Shown in pieces: positions 1-6,791 of a DNA stretch of 38,352 bases (position 1 is its first letter; every line of letters begins with the position of its first letter). The notes under the pieces are model-generated. The model ran no database searches. It saw nothing but the letters and a program-made list of their open reading frames with translations, and was not told where the DNA came from. Source of the DNA: Candidatus Heimdallarchaeota archaeon (lineage in GTDB: Archaea > Asgardarchaeota > Heimdallarchaeia > Heimdallarchaeales > Heimdallarchaeaceae); assembly GCA_021399345.1 (NCBI GenBank), contig JAAFKI010000008.1, positions 1 to 38,352 of the forward strand. Reading direction: 5' to 3'. Position numbers and translations under genes: made by a program.

Positions 1-194
1 AAGGAAATACCTGGAGCGACCTGTCTGGAGCAGTATTTTACTTAATTGATGGTTCCGCTATTTCTGTTGATTTATACCCTCTTAGTGAACCTGTAATAGC
101 TGAATACCCTCAAATCGTTTTACTAACTCTACTACTACCTATAGTTATTATATCTCTCTCAAGGAAAATCTCTAAGAAGCAAAAGAAATTATGA
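1..194 (+). CDS. 3' end of a partial surface/secreted protein with a C-terminal sorting-type signal
   Basis: Frame 3 is open from the window edge to TGA at 192-194: ...SEPVIAEYPQIVLLTLLLPIVIISLSRKISKKQKKL*. This reads as motif + TM helix + basic tail. Not in the ORF track. Confidence 0.75.
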   Translation, partial: GNTWSDLSGAVFYLIDGSAISVDLYPLSEPVIAEYPQIVLLTLLLPIVIISLSRKISKKQKKL

Positions 195-490
195 AACAAC
201 TGCCAGAAACTGTATAGAAATGGAGTAATACCAAGAATAAAACCTTCATAACTTCCTTTTCTTTACATCCCTTATATGTGAGATAATAGATATATGAATG
301 ACTAAACCTAAAGTCTCTCAACATATCTTCTACTCTTAATCCAAAATAAAAAAATGGATTTAGTAGAAAGCTTGCAGAGAGTTTTTGGGAAAGAGGAGTT
401 ACATTACTTTCGAGAAGATTAGTCAATGATAAAATTCATTCATACTTGGAATCCTCTTGTTTACTAAGTAAAAAAAATAAGAGAGTAATT

Positions 491-1429
491 CTACTTCCCT
501 AGAATTATTGCAATAATTTTGTCTACAATAAAAACTAGTAGAAAGGATAAGAATATCCAGAGTAAAATTTCTTTAGTAGTATAAGCCCATTTAGGTTTTT
601 GATTAAATAAGATAGCTATTGATAGAAAAATAGCTACTGCAGCGATAATGCAGCCAACAATAACACTAGGTACATATAATTGATTAAGAACTACTCCTCC
701 GTAGATTAGAGCAACTAAAGCTCCTCCTATCAAACCCAAGAGAAAAAGAAATGCTATTTTTGCAGTGTTCTGTTTTCCAAATTTAACAGCCAAGGTTCTG
801 ACTCCCGCTTCCCTATCACCTTCGATATCAGGCAGACCTTTGATAATTTCTCTACCAACATTTCCTGAAGCTGCACATGCTCCTACAACAATGGGGATCC
901 AAGCAAAAGTTGACCGATAAATAAGATAAGTATGAGTCGATCCATACACGAAAAGAGCTAATACAGTTATTCCAATTGTAATATTTCCCCAAAAACCTAG
1001 TTTCTTTAGTTTGAAATCATATAAATCAAGTAATCCTCCAAAAATGATTGCTGTAGCAACACTTAATCCGTAGAGATTATAGAGAATATCAAGAGTTAAA
1101 GCCACTGCAAGAGCTAAACTTGCAACTATAATTCCATATATCCATGCTGTTCTTACAGAAATTTTTCCTGAAGGTAAAGGTCTATGAGGAGCATTTACTG
1201 CATCTTCCTCTCTATCTGCTATATCATTGAAAATCATTGCTTGTGATGACACTAACATAGCAGCAATGACGACTAATACAATTGGTAATGGGTCTATAAC
1301 AATCCCACTCTGATAGGACAATACAACACCAAAAGCAGCAGCTACTCCTGCAACTATCCCATTAACTAATCTTAGAATTGTAATATATGAAAGAATTATT
1401 TCTTTCTTTGTAAACTGACTCGAAGCCAT
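491..1429 (-). CDS. UbiA-family prenyltransferase, likely digeranylgeranylglyceryl phosphate synthase
   Basis: NDIADREEDAVNAPHRPLPSG and REIIKGLPDIEGD motifs, multiple TM helices. Confidence 0.85.
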   Translation of the reverse strand: MASSQFTKKEIILSYITILRLVNGIVAGVAAAFGVVLSYQSGIVIDPLPIVLVVIAAMLVSSQAMIFNDIADREEDAVNAPHRPLPSGKISVRTAWIYGIIVASLALAVALTLDILYNLYGLSVATAIIFGGLLDLYDFKLKKLGFWGNITIGITVLALFVYGSTHTYLIYRSTFAWIPIVVGACAASGNVGREIIKGLPDIEGDREAGVRTLAVKFGKQNTAKIAFLFLLGLIGGALVALIYGGVVLNQLYVPSVIVGCIIAAVAIFLSIAILFNQKPKWAYTTKEILLWIFLSFLLVFIVDKIIAIILGK

Positions 1430-1475
1430 AGCAAAAGAAAGAAGAAAGTTGGATTTAAAACTTACTATGAATTAT

Positions 1476-1643
1476 TTATTCATCTACTAAATTTATCTTA
1501 ATGTCCAAGGATTTTATTTGCTCTTCTTCCATCCCCTTTAGAGTCTCAGCAAGTGCAATATTAATTTTTGTAAATATTTTTGTTAAGTATTGATTTAAGG
1601 GAACCTTTTCATCATTAATTTTTAGGTTGACATCACTTTTCAT
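1476..1643 (-). CDS. 55-aa small protein resembling the C-terminal domain seen in some MobB proteins
   Basis: Manual translation gives MKSDVNLKINDEKVPLNQYLTKIFTKINIALAETLKGMEEEQIKSLDIKINLVDE*. It has an ATG start, is co-oriented with the UbiA gene and is shorter than any ORF in the track. Family resemblance is from memory of the V.L.I.....PLN.....I......A....LKG pattern. Confidence 0.7.
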   Translation of the reverse strand: MKSDVNLKINDEKVPLNQYLTKIFTKINIALAETLKGMEEEQIKSLDIKINLVDE

Positions 1644-1684
1644 TGTATCTCTAAAAATAAGAAAAAAAGAATCATGCTATTAAT

Positions 1685-1702
1685 TTTGTCATAGGATCGT
1701 AT
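1685..1702 (+). repeat. Left inverted-repeat arm TTTGTCATAGGATCGTAT
   Basis: 14/18 match to the reverse complement of 3016-3033 (first 10 nt identical). The same motif occurs upstream of tnpB copy 2. Confidence 0.65.
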
Positions 1703-1744
1703 TTTTTTTCTGAGTTTAAATAAGAAAGTAGAGATAAGAAGATA

Positions 1745-3001
1745 ATGGTAAAAGTTCTACGAACTGAGTTGATTGAAGTCAAAACAAACATCAATTTAAG
1801 TAGACTTTGCCATTTGACTAAAAATCTCTATAATCGAGCAAATTTTTTAATTAAAGAAGAGAAAAAGAAAAAAGGAAATGTACTTGTTTATTATGAACTG
1901 GATAAATCATTAAAAGGAGAAGAGTGTTACAAACTCCTTCCAGCTCATACTGCTCAACATACACTCAAACTCCTTAGTCGTGATTGGGAAGCATACTTTC
2001 AAGCTATGAAAGATTGGAAGAAAAATCCTAAGAAGTTTCTCAGTAAACCTTGTTCTCCTCACTTTAAACGATCTAAAGCTGAGAAAATAGCTATCATCAG
2101 CAATCAACAAGCAAAGATAGTTAACGGGTGGTTGCTACTACCTAAAAAGGTGAATTTCACTATCAAGACAAGATTAACAGCTAGCAATGACCTTAGGGAA
2201 GTACGGATCATCCCCCGAGGAGTAGGTTACACAATTGAGCTTGTCTATTTCAAAATTCTTCCAAAACAAAGAAAAAAATTTCCATCTAGAAAGGGCGCCA
2301 TCGATTTAGGGTTGACCAACCTTGTCACTTTCGTGGATAACATTGGTAATCGACCAATTGTAATCAAGGACGAGGGAAAGGGGATAAAGTCTATCACACA
2401 ATATTATCTCAAAGAAGTAAAACGAATACAGCAACAATATGCAGAACAGCAAAGAAAACAAATAAAAAAGAAAAACAAGTTGATTTATGGTGAAAAATTT
2501 CTTCGTCTCCGTCAATTATGGAGATGGAAAACCAAAGACTGGTTACACAAGACCAGCAAATTTCTTGTTGAGTTATGGGAACAACGAAGGTTACATACAA
2601 TCTACATTGGTTATAATCCTTTGTGGAAACAACAAATGAGATTGAGAAAAAAGACTACTCAACTATTCGTTATAATACCATTTAATAAACTCATTACTTT
2701 GTTAAAGTACAAAGCTGAAGAGAAGGGGATAAAGGTTGAATTGGTGGAAGAATCGTATACATCAAAATGTAGTTTCCTTGATAATGAAATTTCTCAGAAA
2801 CACACCTTGTATGCTGGAAAAAGAGTAAAAAGAGGATTATTCCGTTCTGCTTCAGGGATTCTGATTAATGCTGATGTTAATGCTGCATTCAATATTTTAC
2901 TGAAAGGCGATCCGCAAGCACTTCTTCCAAGAAGTGTGGGCGGGGTAGGAGGGTACGTGGTTTACCCCCTTAGAGTGAGCTACCCAGCTATGATTCTCTA
3001 A
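1745..3001 (+). CDS. tnpB: TnpB-family RNA-guided endonuclease (IS1341/IS607-like, no TnpA adjacent), copy 1
   Basis: KNLYNRAN N-terminus; RuvC-I AIDLG; IYIGYN..WKQ; EESYTSKCS; RuvC-III NADVNAAFNIL. Confidence 0.93.
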   Translation: MVKVLRTELIEVKTNINLSRLCHLTKNLYNRANFLIKEEKKKKGNVLVYYELDKSLKGEECYKLLPAHTAQHTLKLLSRDWEAYFQAMKDWKKNPKKFLSKPCSPHFKRSKAEKIAIISNQQAKIVNGWLLLPKKVNFTIKTRLTASNDLREVRIIPRGVGYTIELVYFKILPKQRKKFPSRKGAIDLGLTNLVTFVDNIGNRPIVIKDEGKGIKSITQYYLKEVKRIQQQYAEQQRKQIKKKNKLIYGEKFLRLRQLWRWKTKDWLHKTSKFLVELWEQRRLHTIYIGYNPLWKQQMRLRKKTTQLFVIIPFNKLITLLKYKAEEKGIKVELVEESYTSKCSFLDNEISQKHTLYAGKRVKRGLFRSASGILINADVNAAFNILLKGDPQALLPRSVGGVGGYVVYPLRVSYPAMIL

Positions 3002-3038
3002 GAAAGATACTGTTCATATGCAACTATGACAAAGTCAA
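2908..3038 (+). ncRNA. Putative omega-RNA scaffold overlapping the tnpB 3' end (5' boundary unknown)
   Basis: Locally GC-rich. Hairpin CACTTCTT/AAGAAGTG (2919-2936) and GGGTA/TACCC pairings (2942-2985). Sequence and structure are conserved in copy 2. TnpB omega-RNAs are known to overlap the ORF 3' end. Confidence 0.6.
3016..3033 (-). repeat. Right inverted-repeat arm (reverse complement TTTGTCATAGTTGCATAT)
   Basis: Inverted partner of 1685-1702, starting 15 nt after the tnpB stop. Confidence 0.65.
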
Positions 3039-3247
3039 ATCATGTAAAGGTTTACTTAAACTTTTTAAAAAATATATAAAGTGTCTAGTATATCCAGATA
3101 AAATGAAACTAAAGCAAGTAATAACTTCCGTAATTGGTTTCGTATTGAGAAATTCAAAACTGAAACAAATTTGATAATTCATAGAATCAAATAAAAACAT
3201 AAATACAATAAAAATTAAAAAAATAAAACTGAAAAGAATACTCTTCC

Positions 3248-4045
3248 TTACTTTAGTTTAATTGTTGGATTAGGGTCATCCTTTCCATGCATTTCTATTT
3301 CAACAAGCCCCGCAGACTCTAGCATCTGTACATATCTTAAGATTGCATGTGTTGAAGATCCAGTTGACATAGCTAGTCTTTTTAGTTCAATTACTTTAAA
3401 TTTCTCTAGAGTTGACAACCAGCTATAAGATGGATCTTTTTCTGCTATAATTTGAAATCTTCTTAGGGCTTCTTCTTTGTCCCTTAATTCAGTTTTAATA
3501 TGTTCCAATCTTGAAGAATCTGATAATAGTTCGTTGTATTTATTCTCAATTGTTGCCTTCTCATCTTTTACTTCTTCAAACTGAGCTTCAATTTCTGATT
3601 TAGCGCTTTCCATCTCTGAAACGCTTTCTCTCAGTTTGTCGATTGTATGTTGCTTATCTTGATAATCTTCTGATTTTTCATTCAATTCTCTTTGAGCATT
3701 AGCTAAATCAGTTTCTTTAGTCATAGAATCATTTTTTAGCTCTTGAACCTCATTTGTCAAATTCTCTTTTTCTTGTTTGACTTGAGCATTTTCTTCCTTC
3801 AGAGTGTTCAATTCGTTTTCTAGATTAGCTTTAATTGATTCAATGTCAGCTAATTCTGCTGCTTTTTCCTTAAGATTATCTAATTCTTGTTGTAAGGCAT
3901 TGTTCTTCTCTGAGAGTTCACTATTGCCATTTTCTAACTCTTCAATTCTGGTTTGTAAGTTTTGTATTTTATTTTCTAGCTCTGTGATTTTTATCGCATC
4001 ACTGACTGAAATGCTTCCATTTTCTTCTGCCAAATTACTCACCAA
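3248..4045 (-). CDS. Long coiled-coil protein with C-terminal winged-helix-like domain
   Basis: About 185 aa of E/K/L/N heptads, then ELKRLAMSTGSSTHAILRYVQMLESAGLVEI (HTH plus wing). Confidence 0.75.
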   Translation of the reverse strand: MVSNLAEENGSISVSDAIKITELENKIQNLQTRIEELENGNSELSEKNNALQQELDNLKEKAAELADIESIKANLENELNTLKEENAQVKQEKENLTNEVQELKNDSMTKETDLANAQRELNEKSEDYQDKQHTIDKLRESVSEMESAKSEIEAQFEEVKDEKATIENKYNELLSDSSRLEHIKTELRDKEEALRRFQIIAEKDPSYSWLSTLEKFKVIELKRLAMSTGSSTHAILRYVQMLESAGLVEIEMHGKDDPNPTIKLK

Positions 4046-4114
4046 TAGGTTTAGAAATTATGTTCTTTCTAACAAACAGATTTGATTTCATGTTATTAAA
4101 AGATTCTGAATGTG

Positions 4115-5239
4115 TTAAGTGGAATCTTTAGGGTCAGTTATACCCTCGGCTGAGATGCTGAAAACTGTTTCAATCTCTGGGATATGGGGGCTGTCAATTA
4201 CACGAGCAATCCTTTTTTCACCTTTTCCTTTTCGTAAGAAAACTCGAGTAGTACATGAATGAGCTACAATATGTCCTCCTATTGGGAAAGTAGTTTCTCC
4301 ATAAAGAACATCTGGTTTAGATAACACTTGGTTAGTTGCGACAACTGCTACATCATATACTTCAGCTAATCTGAGGAGTTGATGTAGGTATTTGTTGAGT
4401 TTTTGTTGTCTCTCAAGTAGTGAACCTCTACCCGCGTATTCTGCCCTGAAATGGCTGGTTAAGGAATCAATAATCAACAATTTTACATTTTTTTCTTTAA
4501 TAAGCTTCGGGCTTTCAAGAACCAAAACCATTTGATGATCAGAGTTGTATGCCCTTCCAACATGAATACGATTTAATACTTCTTCAGCTTGAGCACCGAA
4601 GCGTTCACAGATTTGCATTATTCTCTCAGGTCTGAAAGTTCCCTCAGTGTCAACATAAATAACACCTGATTCAAGTCCACCCAATTTTTTATCCATTGCT
4701 GTCATAACGCATAGTTGAAAACAAATTTGTGTTTTTCCTGTTCTGAATTCACCAGAGATTTCTGTCAAAGAACTTGTTTCAATTCCACCTGCTAATAGAC
4801 CATCTAGAGCTTTGCTTCCAGTAGGTATTTTTACCAATTCTTCTCTTACCTTGAGCAATTCTTTCGCATTTCTGAACCCTATTCCTACTTGACTTCTAGC
4901 TGCAGTAATTAACCTCTTGGCCGTTTGTTCCCCAATCTCGCAATGTTCAACAAGTTCTATTGGTGATGCGTGAGCAACAGCTGCTAAAGTAATATAACCC
5001 GCAGACATTAGTTTATCAGCAACAGCAGGACCAATTCCTGGTATTCGATTTACTGCAACATCACTGAGGTCTTTATCTTCCTTCTGAGCTACTTTTGGTC
5101 TTTGTTTAGGGAGTATTTCCTCAATCCAATCTTCAGGATCTTTTTTTACATTTTTTTCTGGAGTCTTGCTAGTTGGAGGTTTTTTCTGAGGAGTCTTTTT
5201 TATTTTTGTTGTTTTAGGGGGTTCTTCTTTCTTTGACAT
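4115..5239 (-). CDS. radA: DNA repair and recombination protein RadA (Rad51-like)
   Basis: HhH IPGIGPAVADKL; FxxA polymerisation motif GFRNA; Walker A GEFRTGKT; YVDTEGTFRPER; Walker B LLIIDS. Confidence 0.96.
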   Translation of the reverse strand: MSKKEEPPKTTKIKKTPQKKPPTSKTPEKNVKKDPEDWIEEILPKQRPKVAQKEDKDLSDVAVNRIPGIGPAVADKLMSAGYITLAAVAHASPIELVEHCEIGEQTAKRLITAARSQVGIGFRNAKELLKVREELVKIPTGSKALDGLLAGGIETSSLTEISGEFRTGKTQICFQLCVMTAMDKKLGGLESGVIYVDTEGTFRPERIMQICERFGAQAEEVLNRIHVGRAYNSDHQMVLVLESPKLIKEKNVKLLIIDSLTSHFRAEYAGRGSLLERQQKLNKYLHQLLRLAEVYDVAVVATNQVLSKPDVLYGETTFPIGGHIVAHSCTTRVFLRKGKGEKRIARVIDSPHIPEIETVFSISAEGITDPKDST

Positions 5240-5340
5240 AGTTTCACTTTCTCTCTTACTGATAGAATATCCAGATTTATATATATAAGAAATGCTTTTT
5301 TTTAGTTCATAAACTTAATGGACATTTGAACTAAAATCTC

Positions 5341-5826
5341 TTAGTCTTTGATATTCTCATTTTGATACTTTCCAGAGTACCCTTTTGTTGTCTTTGCTTT
5401 AGTCTCAAAAAAGACTATTTGTGCAATCCTTGCATTTTGATAGAGTGTTATATTAGCATATACGAGAAATAATCCTACTCCTCTTCCTTTATATCCAGGA
5501 TCCCATACAGCTGAACATACTGTAGCTCCGCATCTCATTAGGCTTGATCTAGGTAGAACCATTCCGATTGCATTAAGTGGTACTTCTACTACTTCATTAT
5601 ACTTAACAAGATACCCGCCTGGTTTAATTTCCCATTTTCCATCAACTGGTGGGATTGTCTTATGTTCTGGAATATTTCGTTTTGTATTGTCAAAGTCGAC
5701 TATTCCTCCATCTTGTAATTCTATTAGTTCTTTAATGGATAAATCAAAACCTGCAATTTGTGATTGAGTATTGGAATCAATATACTCTTTGATAATTGTA
5801 TCTGAAAAAGGAGGTAAGAATACCAT
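5341..5826 (-). CDS. dut: Archaeal trimeric dUTPase (dCTP deaminase/dUTPase family)
   Basis: GFDL, PRSSLMRCG, WDPGYKG, RIAQIVF and YSGKYQ motifs. Confidence 0.85.
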   Translation of the reverse strand: MVFLPPFSDTIIKEYIDSNTQSQIAGFDLSIKELIELQDGGIVDFDNTKRNIPEHKTIPPVDGKWEIKPGGYLVKYNEVVEVPLNAIGMVLPRSSLMRCGATVCSAVWDPGYKGRGVGLFLVYANITLYQNARIAQIVFFETKAKTTKGYSGKYQNENIKD

Positions 5827-5861
5827 GTCTCTTAATTCATTGTCTTGTTTTTAATCTTTTA

Positions 5862-6791
5862 CTATTTTTGAAACATTCTTGAAACAAGTTTCTTTCTGCA
5901 GTTTGGGCATTGAGGTTTTACTTTAATCCATTCTACTATATGAGCAAAATGTGATGGAATTTCACAGAAAGGACATCTAATAAAACTCTCCCCTGCTTTA
6001 ATTGGAGACATACAAACACTACATCTTTCATCCAAATCAGAAGTTGCAACTTTCATAGGTTGAGTAGCAGGAAGTTTTGACTTGGGAATAGGTTTAACTT
6101 CAACTTCTATTTCCTTTTCCTCTTCCTTTACTTCTGCTGCGATTACCTCCAACTCTTCTAAGCTTCTTTGGTCATCAATTTCCTGGATAATAATTGGTTG
6201 ATCTATTGTACTGACTTCTACAACACCACTAGGAGTTATGTCACTTACTGACTTTCCAATAGTTGCTAAAACTGCGTCGGCTTCTTCTTCTAATCCCTTT
6301 TCAAAAAGAATGTACGCTGAAATCTCAGTCTCACCACTATCATAAAAATAGCGGGATAGGTTTCTAACCATTTCTTCTTCTCTTTCTGGGGCATATCTAG
6401 AAATGATTTCAATTGAATCTGGAACAAATTCCCTTCCCTTAGCTGCAATTGATTTTGCAGCACCAAAAACTCTACCTGTTTTTAGATATTCCTCCTTTGC
6501 CCTATCATACATTCCAGCTCTAAAGTATTCATCAGCACTTGCGTATGCAGCCCTAGATTCTGGAATCTCTTTACTATTAGTACTTTGTTTAGCGGAGTAG
6601 GTATATTCTTGCTGACTAGGTGAACTAACCCCGGAATGCTGTGCTTGAGGTTGATATGGCTTATATCTTTTCTTTGGAACGCTCTTCTTCTTTTTGCTTT
6701 TTACAGCTGCTCTCGCTGCCACTATTAATGAAATAGCAATGAAAACCAAGAATAGTACTAATCCAATTTCGACGGGCATTTTATCAACCAT
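5862..6791 (-). CDS. Single-pass membrane protein with helical middle and C-terminal RING-variant finger (putative E3 ligase)
   Basis: N-terminal TM IGLVLFLVFIAISLIVAA followed by a basic cluster. C-terminal CxxC...CxxC-x4-HxxH...W...CPxC. Confidence 0.75.
   Translation of the reverse strand: MVDKMPVEIGLVLFLVFIAISLIVAARAAVKSKKKKSVPKKRYKPYQPQAQHSGVSSPSQQEYTYSAKQSTNSKEIPESRAAYASADEYFRAGMYDRAKEEYLKTGRVFGAAKSIAAKGREFVPDSIEIISRYAPEREEEMVRNLSRYFYDSGETEISAYILFEKGLEEEADAVLATIGKSVSDITPSGVVEVSTIDQPIIIQEIDDQRSLEELEVIAAEVKEEEKEIEVEVKPIPKSKLPATQPMKVATSDLDERCSVCMSPIKAGESFIRCPFCEIPSHFAHIVEWIKVKPQCPNCRKKLVSRMFQK

Larger units (their letters stand above)
1677..3038 (+). mobile_element. Non-autonomous tnpB-only insertion element (approximate ends)
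   Basis: tnpB ORF flanked by imperfect inverted repeats (1685-1702 and 3016-3033), TCAA at 3035-3038, and direct repeat AATCATG at 1670-1676 and 3038-3044. Exact ends are uncertain. Confidence 0.6.

Noticed and set aside
172-426. 84-aa minus-strand ORF
   Set aside because: TTG start, no recognisable motif, and it overlaps the 3' end of the better-supported plus-strand edge gene.
1745-3001. Cas12f/Cas14 or nuclease-dead TldR assignment
   Set aside because: No CRISPR array nearby, and all three catalytic acidic residues appear present once the rearranged Glu is counted.
3103-3174. 23-aa ORF MKLKQVITSVIGFVLRNSKLKQI downstream of a TATATAAA
   Set aside because: Too short to support without homology or expression data.
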